Shown piece after piece: positions 1-11,761 of a DNA stretch of 64,000 nucleotides. Each line of letters starts with the position of its first letter. Within the stretch, counting starts at the first letter, position 1. The DNA is from an uncultured Gammaproteobacteria bacterium (GTDB lineage Bacteria > Pseudomonadota > Gammaproteobacteria > UBA9214), in assembly GCA_963773065.1 (NCBI GenBank), contig CAVYZN010000006.1, positions 64,001-128,000 on the forward strand. Reading direction: 5' to 3'. The notes beneath the pieces were generated by a model that made no database searches, had not been told where the DNA came from, and was given only the letters and a program-made list of their open reading frames with translations. The position numbers and the translations under genes are program-made.

Positions 1-792
1 TCGATATACCCCATGCGATAGCGATCTCCTCGACACAGGAGATTTACCTTGAGCCCCTGGCGCTGTTCGATCGCCTCGACGAAGGTCGCCGCCTGCAGCA
101 GGGACTCATGCGTGCCGGTGTCCAGCCAGGCGGTGCCGCGCCCGAGCAGTTCAACCTTCAGCGTCATTCTGTTCCAGATAGGCCCGGTTGACATCGGTAA
201 TTTCCAGCTCGCCCCGCGCCGACGGTGTTAACCCCTCGGCGATGCCAACCACTGCGGGTCGTAAAAATACAGGCCGGTCACGGCGTAATTCGAGCGCGGC
301 CGATACCGGCTTTTCTTCGATGCCAACCACATGGCCTTCACGATTGAATTCCACCACACCATAGCGCTGCGGTTCACGCACCCGGTAGGCAAACACCGTG
401 GCGCCCTGGGTCAGATTACCGCGCGCTGCAACACCTTAGCCAGGCCGTGACCATAAAAGATATTGTCGCCGAGTATCAGACAGGAGGGTTGCCCATCGAT
501 GAACTCCTTCCCGATGATGAACGCCTGCGCAAGCCCACCGGGCGTGGGCTGTACGGCATAGTGAAGATCAAGCCCGAGCCGGCTGCCATCGCCGAGGAGA
601 ATGCCGAAAGGCCGGCAGATCCTGCGGGGTGGATGATCACCAGGATTTCCCGAATCCCGGCCAGCATGAGCATCGAGAGCGGGTAGTAGATCAGCGGCTT
701 GTCATAGACCGGCATGAGCTGCTTGCTGACCGCCAGCGTCAGGGGATAGAAGACGCGAACCGCTGCCGCCCGCCAGGATGAATACCTTTCAA
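1..792 (-). CDS. rfbA: Glucose-1-phosphate thymidylyltransferase (frameshifted; 3' end runs off the window)
   Basis: Reconstructed N-terminus [39 protein letters not shown] (TTG start at 792); internal motifs [20 protein letters not shown] and DTGTHESL. Confidence 0.95.
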
Positions 793-917
793 TTCAGAAC
801 ATCTACCGCCTTGCATAAATGCGTATATCAGAAATCACTACAAGCTTAACGGGTGCAGCCGTGTCACCGAAATATATCATTCAACCTGGTGCAAACCGTG
901 GTTGCCTGATGCATGCC

Positions 918-938
918 GTGCGCATCGGCGCACCCTAC
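918..938 (-). repeat. GTAG-type REP-like palindrome
   Basis: Minus strand reads GTAGGGTGCGCCGATGCGCAC (GTAG followed by an imperfect hairpin); intergenic. Confidence 0.5.
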
Positions 939-1025
939 GCTTACCAATCACTCTTTCACTTCTCACTTTTTACTTTCCGTGCCTTCCGTGGTTTCCGTGG
1001 CCATTTAATCGTCTAACAGCCGCTC

Positions 1026-2785
1026 CTAGGGTTCATCCTCCGCCGGCTGGTCATCGCCGAGGTCGAGATAACCCTCGCGCAGCAGGTACAGCATGATCAC
1101 CTGCGCGGCCTGCATCGGGCTTTTATTGGCGGTGTCGATGCGTATCTCCGGTTTCTCCGGCACTTCGTAGGGGTCGCTGATGCCGGTGAACTCGGGGATG
1201 ATGCCCTTGCGCGCTTTCGCGTACAGTCCCTTCCGGTCACGGCTCTCGCACACTTCGAGCGAGGTGGCGACATGAATCTCGATGAAGGCGCCGTGCTGCT
1301 CGATCAGCTCGCGCACCTCGCGGCGCATGGCGGTGTAGGGGGCGATCGGCGCGCACAGCGCGATGCCGCCGTTTTTCGTGATCTCGCTGGCCACAAAACC
1401 GATGCGGCGCACGTTGATATTGCGATGCTCCCTGGAAAAGCCCAGCTCGCTGGAGAGGTTGATGCGCACCACGTCGCCATCCAGCAGGGTAACCGGGCGT
1501 TTGCCGTCTTCGATGAACTTGGCATACATGATCTTGGCCAGGGTCGATTTGCCGGAACCCGACAGGCCGGTAAAAAACAGCGTGAGGCCTTTCCTGCTGC
1601 GCGGCGGATAGACCTTGCGCAACTGGGTAATCACCTCGGGATAGGAATACCACGCGGGGACTTCGAGATTGTGCTCCAGGCAATGTTTGAGATCCCGGTC
1701 GCTAAACTGCACGCCTGCCTTGCGCTGCGCGACGAGCTCATCCCAGGTCACGAACGCCTCCCGCTCGGGCGAGTAACTGCGCTCGCGGATCGGCACCATG
1801 CGGATGGCGAGTTCATGCTGGTATTTCTCCATCATTTCCTGGGCCGCATAGCGCGGATAGAAACGTTCTCCCTCCTGGCCCATGCTGCGGGGAGCCGCAT
1901 GTCCCGGACCGACGATCATGTGCGAGCAGCCGTAGTTCTGCCGGATGACCGCGTTCAGCAGCACTTCGCGCGGCCCCGCCATGCGCACCGCGGCGGGCAG
2001 CAGCGAGAGGATGGCCATGTTGTGCGGATAGTGATGTCGGATGGCCTGGTAACAATGCACCCTGGCGTAGTAGTGCAGATCACCCGGCTTGGTCATGCCG
2101 ACGGCAGGGTGCAGCAGGATATTGGCCTGTGCCTCGATGGCGGCCTGCAGGGTGATCTCACGGTGCAGGCGGTGCATGGGTTTGGAGGTGTGGAATCCGA
2201 CGACGTTCTGCCAGCCCATCTTGATGAACAGGCGCCGCAGTTCCTCGGGGGTATGGCGCAAGATCTCGAAATCAAAATGGGCGGGCATCTGTATGCCTTC
2301 GAGTGACGCCTCCAAGGTAGATGTCATGGACCTGTTCAAAGAGATAACGGACTCCCGGATGTTCCACACTGGTCGTGCCATAAATCTCCCCCGCCTCGCG
2401 CTTCTTGTCCGGCTGCCACTTGTCCTCCACGGTAAGCACCGCCAGCATGAATCCCTCGACGTCGCGCAGCGCCACCTTGCCGCCAGGTTCGATCTTTTCC
2501 GCCTGCTTGGCCGGCACGTCCAGTGTTATGGGGATGGACCACAGGTTGCCGTCCGGGAAGGTGCAGATTATCGATGACGGATTCATACGCCGCACGCCCC
2601 ATGAAGCCGCGCAGCGGCGAGAGACCGCCATTGAGCAGCAACTCAAGGTCGCACTCCTGGCGCCGGTTGAGCGTGATGGAGGCATAGTCACCGGACTCGG
2701 CCTTTATCGCCTCCGCCCGATCCGGATCGACCAGTAAATTACACAATTCACCGCCATGCGGTGCAATCAGATGTTCCATCGTCAT
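1026..2785 (-). CDS. cysC: Fused ATP sulfurylase-like / adenylylsulfate (APS) kinase (Sat-CysC); frameshifted
   Basis: N-terminal LIAPHGG and DLELLLNGGLSPLRGFM (Sat PUA-like domain); C-terminal APS kinase motifs FTGLSGSGKST, LLDGDVVR and FTGISDPYE; GAGG RBS upstream. Confidence 0.93.
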
Positions 2786-2943
2786 TGTTCCATTTCCTCG
2801 GTGCGCAAGCCCCGGCTCTCAATTTTTCAGAGCGCCATGAAAACTTTGGTTACATCGTAGTTTCACCGACCTTGGGTTAAGTAGTGTAGCGACGGACCCA
2901 ACAGAATCAAAGCCTTGAAAAGTATTCCCGGGTATTTCAAATC

Positions 2944-3901
2944 TCAATAATTATCCGCCGCGCCCGTGTATCCCGGCCAGCCGGGAGTTCTGCGCAGCCC
3001 CTCCTCCAGCAGAACCCGCGGCCGCCAGCCGATTGCGGCCTGCAGCGCCGTGTGGTCACAGACCCAGTCCCTATGGCGCAGCTCGCGCAGTTTCTCCGGA
3101 GTGAGCATGGGGGCATAACCGAACAGGCGGCTTGCCCGGCGATTCAGATGCGCCGGGATATCGAGCGCCCAGGCGGGTATGCGCAGCAGCGTGTACCGGG
3201 TGCCGGCACACTCGCGCAACGGTAGCCGCGATCTCGGGCCAGTCATAACCCCCCTCCCGTCCGTCATCGAGAGTATAAACACCGTTAGCGGCATGCCCGC
3301 ATTGTATCCAGGTAATAACGGCAGCCGCCAGATCATCGACAAACAGCAGGGAGAAGCGCGCATCGCGTGCACCGGGAACCGGTGCGATGCCTCTGGCCAT
3401 GGCGCGGAACAGCGGTAACAGCTCCCTGTCACCGGGCCCATAGACGGCGGGCGGCCGCAGGGCGATCCAGGCTACCCGGCGTGCTTCGTTGATCAGCACC
3501 TGTTCGCCCCTGAACTTGCTGGCGGCATAAAACGACAGCTGCGGTTCGCGCGCGGCCAGGGACGACAGGGATAGCAGACGGGGCGGCGTGTCCTGGGACT
3601 CCAGGACCAGCAGCAGCCGCATCACACCTTCGACATTGACACGGTCAAATTGATCCTGCGTCGCGCCGCGGACCGCGCCTGCGCAGTGCACCACGACGTC
3701 CGCACCCAGGATCAGGGATTCGAGGGACGCCGTATCCTCAAGACTGCCAAACACCAGGTCGAAATCGCCGGCCTGCAAGGGTCCTGCCTTTTTCATCGAG
3801 CGAACCAGCGCGCGCACCCGGTAGCCTGCCGCGATGAGCTGCCTGGCGATGGTTTGACCGATAAATCCCGTCGCGCCGGTGATGGCAACTGTCTGTGTCA
3901 T
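2944..3901 (-). CDS. NAD-dependent epimerase/SDR, CerR-like ceramide reductase candidate; one frameshift near 3190
   Basis: TGATGFIG, HCAGAV, SSLAAREPQLSFYAASK (YxxxK) and RPPAVYGPGD; lies downstream of the acyl-AMP ligase, as in sphingolipid loci. Confidence 0.8.
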
Positions 3902-4003
3902 GGGGGCAGCATCGCCATGCGTGGTAATTGGCCTCGGGTCCGCGCGGCGCGATTGCGGCAACAGGCCGCTTTTCCGTGTGCTTCCGTGGTTGATGACCGG
4001 GTC

Positions 4004-4032
4004 AAAAAAATAACCGGCCTGGGCCGGTTATT
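4004..4032 (-). terminator. Rho-independent terminator after the acyl-AMP ligase
   Basis: Stem AATAACCGGC / GCCGGTTATT with a 4-nt loop, running into a T-tract on the minus strand (A7 at 4004-4010). Confidence 0.7.
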
Positions 4033-4060
4033 GTTGGATATCAACACGCCCTGCTCTTTG

Positions 4061-5849
4061 TCAGGCAGATTGCTGTTTCAGCACAACGCCCATATCCGCG
4101 AGTTTAGGCACGGGCAACTTGAGTCGCACCGGGTCATGGCGTTCAATGAACTGCTGGCGCGCCTTGGAGCGTGACAGCTTGCCGGAGGAGGTGCGCGGCA
4201 GGGTGTGGGACGGCACCAGTTCGATATAGGTGTCGATACCCAGTTCAAGGTGAACCAGCCGGCTCAGGCGATTGACCAGGCTGGTGCGCCGATCGAGATC
4301 GGAATCACGACACTGTACCACCAGCACACACAGCTCTTCGTACTTCCGGACCCGGCACCGAGAACGCCAGCGCATCGCCGATGTTGACTTCCGGCTGCTG
4401 TTCGGCCAAGTACTCGAGATCCTGCGGCCAGATATTGCGGCCATTGATGATAATGCTGTCCTTCTTGCGGCCGGTGATAATCAGCTTGCCATCCACGCTG
4501 TAACCGATGTCACCGGTATTGAGCCAGCCATCCCCGGACAATGCCGCGGCCGTTTCTTCGGGCGCATTGAAATAGCCCGACATGACGCTGGGACCGCGGA
4601 CAAAGATGGTTCCGCTGCGACGGTCCGGCAATACCGCCCCGTCATCGTTGCGGATTTCAACTTCATATTCCGGTAATGGCTTGCCGCATTCCACAAAGCA
4701 ACGGGGCCGTCCGGGATTCTCCAGCGCATGGATCGGCAGCGCTTCCTGGCAATTCGAATGGTGATCGCCGTCGACGCAATCCGTGGTGTGACCCTGGAAC
4801 AGCGGCGCAAAGCTGACCGCCAGCGAGCATTCCGCCATGCCGTAACAGGCGAGAAAAGCCTTGTCATTGAAACCGGCAGGCGCCAGTGCCTCGGCAAAAC
4901 GCACCAGTGTTTCCGAGCGGATCATTTCCGCGCCAACACCTGCCACACGCCAGTTGCTGAGGTCATACTTGCCGGCTTCGCCAGGACGCAGGCGGCGCGT
5001 GCACAGCTCGTAGCCGAAGGGCGGGCTGAACGAGATGGTCGCCTTGGTCAGGGTCATCAGGTTAAGCCACTGACGCGGCCGCATGGCGAACTCACGGGTA
5101 TCCAGGTAATCGACCGACGTTTGCGCCGCCACTGGAACCAGCACCAGTCCCACGAGACCCATGTCATGGTAGAACGGCAGCCAGGAGAAACAGCGGTCGC
5201 CGGGGCCCATCTTGACGCCATGGCGGATAATGCCGGCCAGGTTACTCATGACCGAACGCTGTTCAATAACAACACCACGCGGGAAACGGGTACTGCCCGA
5301 GGTGTATTGGATATAAGCGATGTCACCCGGTTCGGACGGCTGAAATTCGATGGCCATCTCGGGAAGGTCGTCGAAGGCCTGGGGATCACCGATCAGGCGC
5401 AGGCCCAACCCCTGCCCCGCTTCCTCGAGGAAGGACAGGTAGCCGGTTGGGGCCATGGCAATCTCGGCCTGGCTGCTTTCCAGCAAGCCACGCAACTGGG
5501 TCACAAACGTGGCATGCCCGCCCAGCTTGATGGAGGCCGGTAGCGCCACGGGCACCAGGCCACCGTATTGACAGGCAAAAAAGAACCGCAGGAAGTCCGG
5601 ATTGGTTTCGGCAACCAGTGCGACACGGTCGCCTTTCTGCAAACCCATACCGAGCAGCTTGCGCGCCAGCAGCCGAGCCTCTGTACGCAGTTGCGTGTAG
5701 GGTAACGCAGCATAGAGCTCGCCCCTGCCCGTGTAGAAATTCGCGCCGGTATTACCCTGCGCCGCATAATCCAGGGCAGCGGTAAGCGTTGCGAAATCAG
5801 CGGCACGAAACGGCAGGTCGTGCAAAGTTGGTGTCGATTCTGTCAGCAA
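4061..5849 (-). CDS. Fatty acyl-AMP ligase / acyl-ACP synthetase; frameshift near 4345
   Basis: YIQYTSGSTRFPRGV, WLPFYHDMGLVG, YGMAE, WLNTGDIG, GRNIWPQDLE and LPRTSSGKLSR. Confidence 0.92.
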
Positions 5850-6559
5850 AACAGATTCTTCCCTTGTCGGATATTAATAACCAGTGGCCCTGTTCTGTAC
5901 TGCTGCTGGCATGAGCCGAATTAAACGCGTTAATTTACCGTATTTGCCGATCTATCTTTGAATTTGTTGCAGATAAATCTCGTCTGAATTCGTTACCCTG
6001 AATGCCCGCGCCAGTTAGCCAAAAACGTAGCAGAAACACAACGCTAGTAACCAATTCAGCCACAACCCGGTATATAAGCAGGCGCTATGATGCCTAAAAA
6101 ACACGTAAAACACAAGACCTTTTTAATGTTTCTCAACCTTGAGCATGAAAATTCCCTATTGTTGCTAATCAACAACAATAATGACTTATCAGGTCAGAAA
6201 TGCATGCTGATCATGTTGAAATACAACCACACGGTTACTTCCGAGTCGCCAAAGCTCAAACTGCCAGTTGAGAGGCAGGAATTATGCCAGCTACAGTATT
6301 CCAGTCAAATCCACGCTTTTTTTCATGTTTGGTGGCTTCCGATATGACAGTTACGCACCAGCCCAGTGCATCCCACCGCCGGGAGCACCACAATTGCACA
6401 TTAATGAAACCGGTTTTCCTGCTCATCCCCAGGTAAACGGGCATGGGATCGCAATCCTGGAATCATCAAGCGTCACAAGGGATTTCACCGGTACCGTTGT
6501 GGCGTGCTTCCTGTATGATCATTCACGCTCATGATTAATGAGAAACAGTATCCGCCTTA

Positions 6560-7702
6560 ATGGACACCCCAAGCACCACAGGAATTCATCTCGAAGCGGT
6601 ATCCGGCCGCAGGCAATTGGATGAGTTTATTGGGCTTCCCTGGACGATTTACCGGAGCGATCCAAACTGGGTGCCCCCGCTGTTATTCGAGCAGAAACAA
6701 CGCCTGACTGCCCATAACCCCTTCTTCAAACATGCCCGCTGGCAGGCCTGGACCGCCCGGTACAACGGCCGCCTCGTCGGGCGCATCAGCGCCCAGATCG
6801 ATCGGCTCTACCATGACCGGCACGGCCAGAAGGTCGGTTATTTCGGCATGCTGGAAGCCGAAGACAATACTGAACTGTTCGCCACCCTTCTGCGTACCGC
6901 TGAAAAGTGGCTGCGTGATCAGGGCATGCAGCGGGTAAGCGGCCCATTCAACCTGTCGATCAACGAGGAATGCGGACTGCTGACCGATGGCTTCGATACG
7001 CCGCCCTATATCATGATGGGTCACGCACGACCCTACTATGCTCGGCAGGTCGAGGCGGCCGGCTACGCCAAGGCCAAGGATTTACTGGCCTACCACATCG
7101 CCGCGGACTTCGAAGCGCCGCATATCATGACTCGGCTGGCTGAAAAGGCGGCACGCCGGGTCAGTGTGCGCGGATTACGGCGCAAACAACTCAGGCAGGA
7201 ACTGGAGATCCTGCGCGACATCTTCAACGACGCCTGGTTCAACAATTGGAGTTTCGTGCCCTTTACCGAGGCCGAATTCGCGGATATCGGCGAAATGCTG
7301 ACACTGCTCGTCGATGACGACTTCGTGCAGATCGCCGAGATCAACGACCGCCCGGTGGCGATGATCGTCGCTTTGCCAAACATCAACGAGATCATCCGGG
7401 ATCTGAATGGACGTCTGCTGCCATTCGGCTGGCTCAAGCTGCTGTGGCGCCTGAAGGTCCGCTATCCGACCACGGCGCGCGTCCCACTGATGGGCGTTCG
7501 CCGGGAATACCAGCACACCCCGCTGGGCCCGGCACTGGCCTTCATGGTCATCGACGCCGTCCGCCAGGGAGTGATCCGGCGCGGCATCCGCGCCGTCGAA
7601 TTATCCTGGATACTTGAAGACAATGACGGCATGCGCAACATCATTGAAACCATCGGTGGCAGCGTCTACAAGCGTTACCGCATCTATGAAAAAGACCTCT
7701 GA
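6560..7702 (+). CDS. GNAT-fold N-acyltransferase, bacterial ceramide synthase (bCerS/YghO-like)
   Basis: Intact 380-aa ORF with DPNWVPPL, VGRISAQID, GPFNLSINEECGLL.DGFDTPP, DIFNDAW and ELSWILEDN; sphingolipid gene context. Confidence 0.85.
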   Translation: MDTPSTTGIHLEAVSGRRQLDEFIGLPWTIYRSDPNWVPPLLFEQKQRLTAHNPFFKHARWQAWTARYNGRLVGRISAQIDRLYHDRHGQKVGYFGMLEAEDNTELFATLLRTAEKWLRDQGMQRVSGPFNLSINEECGLLTDGFDTPPYIMMGHARPYYARQVEAAGYAKAKDLLAYHIAADFEAPHIMTRLAEKAARRVSVRGLRRKQLRQELEILRDIFNDAWFNNWSFVPFTEAEFADIGEMLTLLVDDDFVQIAEINDRPVAMIVALPNINEIIRDLNGRLLPFGWLKLLWRLKVRYPTTARVPLMGVRREYQHTPLGPALAFMVIDAVRQGVIRRGIRAVELSWILEDNDGMRNIIETIGGSVYKRYRIYEKDL

Positions 7703-7709
7703 CTGAACC

Positions 7710-8523
7710 ATGCCAGACAAGGACCGGCAAAAATCCTATACCGCGATTGTTCTGGCCGGCGAACGCAGCCCCGGAGACCCGCTGGTGGAACACGCCAGCG
7801 CCTGCTGCAAGGCCATGGTCGAGATTGACGGTACCCCGATGATTCTCAGGGTATTGGCGGCCCTCGACAGCGCCACGCATGTCGACAAGTGCATCCTCTC
7901 CGGTCCGATGCATGACCAAATGGCGGCCGAATCCCCCGTCACCCTGCTGATCGAAGCGGGAATCGTCGATTGGTGCGAACCCCGGCCGACGCCCAGCACC
8001 AGCGCCTACAGCAGCGATGCAGCGCATCCCCGACGACATACCCGTGCTGGTGACCACCGCCGACCACCCCTTGCTCACCGCCGAAATCGTCGACCGCTTC
8101 TGTGGCCAGAGCCTGACGCGCGGCGTCGATGCGACAGTGGGGCTGGCGCCTTATGAACTGGTGAAAGCGGCGTTTCCGGACATGAAAAAAACGGTCCTGC
8201 GATTCAGGGACGGGGAGTATTGCGGCTGCAACCTGTTTGCCTTCCTGACCACGGAGGGCCGGCGCATGGCCGATTACTGGCGCCGGGTGGAAACACAGCG
8301 CAAGAATCCGATCAAGATCATCCGGATACTCGGCTGGGGCGCCGTGATCAAGTACCTGCTGGGTTGGCTGACACTGCACGGCGCGATCGAAACCCTGTCA
8401 CGGCGTCTGCATCTCAACCTCGGTGCGGTGATCCTGCCTTACGCTGAAGCGGCGATCGATATCGATTCGGTTGCCGACCACGCTATCGTGTCGGAGAAAC
8501 TCTCGCGGCACCCGAAGCCGTAG
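7710..8523 (+). CDS. MobA-like NTP transferase (nucleotidyltransferase); frameshift near 8010
   Basis: AIVLAGER..DPL, KAMVEIDGTPM, LVTTADHPLL, GCNLFAF and AIDID. Confidence 0.85.
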
Positions 8524-8598
8524 GGTTTGCCGTATGCACGCGCGCATAATGGCCACGTAAAACACGGAAATAATTAAAAAGGACAACGAAGTAATGCC

Positions 8599-9576
8599 TC
8601 ATCGGACAGGAGGGGATGGGCGGGAATATTGGCCGCCTGGAGGAAGCCGGCGAGCGATCTCCACACGGCTCACCGTTTCAGCGACAAACATAGCCTTTTC
8701 GGCTGAATAACCGCGCACCTCAAGCTCAATCTGCCATACTGCGCCTGACTCGCGCACCCGGTAGATGTGGTACTGCGCCGCATGGCCTGTTCTAAGTCCG
8801 ATGGATGATGCCGAAGGAATGCCGAACACCGGCACATGCGTGCCGGGGATCTCGATCCGGCTCTGCACCGAACGGTGCCGGTGTCCGTGCAACACCAGTT
8901 CCGCGCCCTGCCTGGCGATCACGGCGCATAACTGTGCCGCATCCGTCAGCCGCTTGCGCCATTTTTCTTCGCCGGGGACCGGCGGATGATGCAGCAATAC
9001 CACCCGGAACAGGCCTTGCCGCCCGGTCTGTTCCAGCAGCGCATCCAGTCTTTGCAACTGGCTGGCGCCGAGACGGCCCGTTGCCAGCAGCGGCGGGGAG
9101 GGCCGCGCGCTGGACAGTCCGATGAAGGCTACGGGGCCGCGCACACGCAGGGCGGGAAAGACGGTCTCGGCCGTATCCGCCCGCACCCCGCCGAGCGCTT
9201 CATCCGCTACCAGGTAGGGCTCCCAAAGCGATAATCCGAGCGTCCAGGGAACAGACACATAGGCATCATGGTTACCCGGCACGACCGTCACCGCGCGCGG
9301 ACTGCCGAGCGATTCCAGCCAGGTCCGCGCCTGGCGAAATTCATCGGGCAGCGCGATATGGGTGAGGTCGCCGGTGATCACCAAGTGCTCGGGACGGGTC
9401 TGGCCAAGGTCCCGCCGCAGGGCCTCCAGCACCTCGCCGCGGTGTTCGGCCCGGCGCCGCCGGCGCCAGGACAGGTAACCCAGCAGGCGTTTGTTGGCCA
9501 GCTCCCGCCACCTAACCCCGTCCAGCGTAGACAGGTGAGGATCGGATAATTGAGCAAATGTCAGTGTATTCTCCAT
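8599..9576 (-). CDS. Calcineurin-like metallophosphoesterase
   Basis: SDPH, TGDLT, PGNHD, HHPP and HGHRH metal-binding motifs. Confidence 0.92.
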   Translation of the reverse strand: MENTLTFAQLSDPHLSTLDGVRWRELANKRLLGYLSWRRRRRAEHRGEVLEALRRDLGQTRPEHLVITGDLTHIALPDEFRQARTWLESLGSPRAVTVVPGNHDAYVSVPWTLGLSLWEPYLVADEALGGVRADTAETVFPALRVRGPVAFIGLSSARPSPPLLATGRLGASQLQRLDALLEQTGRQGLFRVVLLHHPPVPGEEKWRKRLTDAAQLCAVIARQGAELVLHGHRHRSVQSRIEIPGTHVPVFGIPSASSIGLRTGHAAQYHIYRVRESGAVWQIELEVRGYSAEKAMFVAETVSRVEIARRLPPGGQYSRPSPPVR

Positions 9577-9624
9577 CGCTTGATAATCTGCTCGTTTGCT
9601 TGCCGTTGCCTGGGCGGTAAACTC

Positions 9625-10672
9625 ATGTCAGACGACTACCTCATGAACAGCACCGAGCCTGCCACCCGAACACCCGACACCGCCGCCGCTGACCTGTCAT
9701 GCAAGGACGGACGTTCAATCGGCCTGATCAGCAACCCCAACAGCGGGCGCAACCGCAAACAACTGCAGGCCATTGAGCGCATTGTCGCAAATCATCCCCG
9801 GATTCACCATTACCCTACCCCCGCCCTGGATGATCTTCCCGTGGCCATGACCGCGCTGGCGAATCAACCCGTAGGGATATTGGCCATCAACGGCGGCGAC
9901 GGCACCGTGGCCCGGGTGCTCACCCACCTGCTGGAGCATGCTCCGTTTGAGCGGCTGCCGCTGATCGCCCTGCTGCCCGGCGGCACCACCAACATGACTG
10001 CGGGCGACGTTGGCCTGCGCGGCAGCCTGCCCGGGGCGGTAGCGCGACTTTGCCGCTGGGCCGACGACAGCGGCGATGAGCACCGCTTGCTGCGCCGTCC
10101 GATCTTGCGGGTAGAGACGGGTGCCGGGCAGCCCGCGGCGTGCGGCATGTTTTTCGGCACCGGCGCGATCATCCATGGCATCGACTACTGCCGGGCCAGC
10201 ATACACACGAAAGGGGTCAGCAACGAAATCGGCCCGGGCCTGGCCATGGCCAGGACGTTTTGGGGCATCATGCGGCGCGACCGGCGTTTTGCCCGGCCGG
10301 TAGCCGTATCCGTGGCGCTCGACGCCGCGCCGCCGGCGCCGGCGCAAGACATGCTCATTCTGCTTGTCAGCAGCCTGGAGAGGCTGTTCCTTGGCATGCG
10401 GCCCTATTGGGGAGAGGAGAATGGACCACTGCACGTCAGCATGATCCGCGCCGGCGCGGACCGCCTGCTCCGCACTCTGCCCGCGCTGCTGCGCGGCAAG
10501 CCGGGCCGCCATGCCGGCGTGACTGCGCGGGTATCAAAGCCACAACGTCGAGCGCGTCCGCCTGATGCTGGACGGACCCTACACGCTCGACGGCGAAATC
10601 TACCAGGCCAGCCGCGCCACGGGGCCGGTGACGATCACCAATGGTGGTACCGTTACCTTCGTCCGCGTGTAA
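9625..10672 (+). CDS. Diacylglycerol/sphingosine kinase family protein (CpgB-like ceramide kinase candidate); frameshift near 10525
   Basis: NPNSG, GGDGT and LPGGTTNM; shifted C-terminus LDGPYTLDGE...TFVRV ending TAA at 10670-10672. Confidence 0.85.
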
Positions 10673-10719
10673 ACGGCATTCGTGTCACCAGAAGCCGCAG
10701 TCAATCATTTAATGCAGCA

Positions 10720-11671
10720 ATGAATCATCCCGGCGCAGCAACAACCCCCGTCACCCACCCCGCGCCGCCGGATTCACCGGCGCTGCGCGCCCTGGTTGAT
10801 GCCCTGCTCCAGCGCCATGGCGATGCGGTCAACGCAATCCTGTTTTACGGCTCCTGCCTGCGCAGCGGCGATCTCTTCGACGGCCTGGTTGACCTCTATC
10901 TGATCGTCGACGGCTACACGGCCTTCTACCCGCGCAAGACCCGGGCGCTGGCCAACTGGCTGCTGCCGCCCAATGTGTTTTATACCGAGATCGAGCGTGA
11001 CGGGACGGGTGGTGCGCGCCAAGTACGCCGTGCTCTCGAGCGCCGACCTGCGCAACGGCACCTCGCGGCGCTGGTTTCACTCCTACCTGTGGGGCCGTTT
11101 CACCCAACCCACCGCCCTGGCGTGGTGCCGTGATGAGGCCGCCCGCCGCCAGGTCAATGCGAGCCTGGCGAACGCCCGGCGCACCTTTCTGGAACGGGTG
11201 CTGCCGCGGTTGCCCGCCGCCGGCCGGGTGTGCGATCTCTGGCGGCTGGGCCTGCAATTGAGCTATGGAGCGGAACTGCGGGCGGAATCCACGGGGCGCC
11301 CGGGTGAACTGACGGAGGCGGCACTGGACTACTATGCCGCGGCGACCCGTGAAGCCGCCGCGTCGCTGCGTTACCCGCTGACCCTTGAGGGTGACGGCGC
11401 CGCCATGCGCTATCATGCCGCAGTGCCGGCTCTCAGCCGCGGGCTGAGCCGGCCCGGCTGGGCGCTGCGCACCGCGCAGGGCAAGCTGCTGTCGGTCTTG
11501 CGCCTGCTCAAGGCCCTGTTCACCTTCGAAGGCGGGCTCGATTACCTCGCCTGGAAACTGGAGCGCCATTCCGGGCAGCGGGTTGAAATTCCCTCCCGCG
11601 TGCGGCGCTATCCGCTGATCTTTATCTGGGGTCTTTTCTACCGTCTCTACCGGCGTGGTATATTTCGCTGA
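10720..11671 (+). CDS. Nucleotidyltransferase-fold protein, Tam41/Mmp37-like; frameshift near 11005
   Basis: ILFYGSCLRSGDLFDGLVDLYLIVD (GS..DxD-type motif), KYAVLS..DL, YLWGRF.QP, SY.AELR.E and KALFTFEGG.DY..WK. Confidence 0.65.
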
Positions 11672-11690
11672 TTTTTCTGTTCAACGCAAC

Positions 11691-11761
11691 TCACCGCAGT
11701 GACGCAGAGAATTCAAGGAAATAGATGTCCTTTGAAATTCTTCTCTGCGTCTTTGCGGTGA
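11691..11761. repeat. Long imperfect hairpin at the operon end
   Basis: TCACCGCAGTGACGCAGAGAA ... TTCTCTGCGTCTTTGCGGTGA, with inner TTCAAGGA / TCCTTTGAA pairing. Confidence 0.7.

Noticed and set aside
9550-11133. 527-aa kinase fusion protein in the ORF track
   Set aside because: An artefact of a frameshift near 10525. The kinase has its own stop at 10672 and the next gene starts at 10720.
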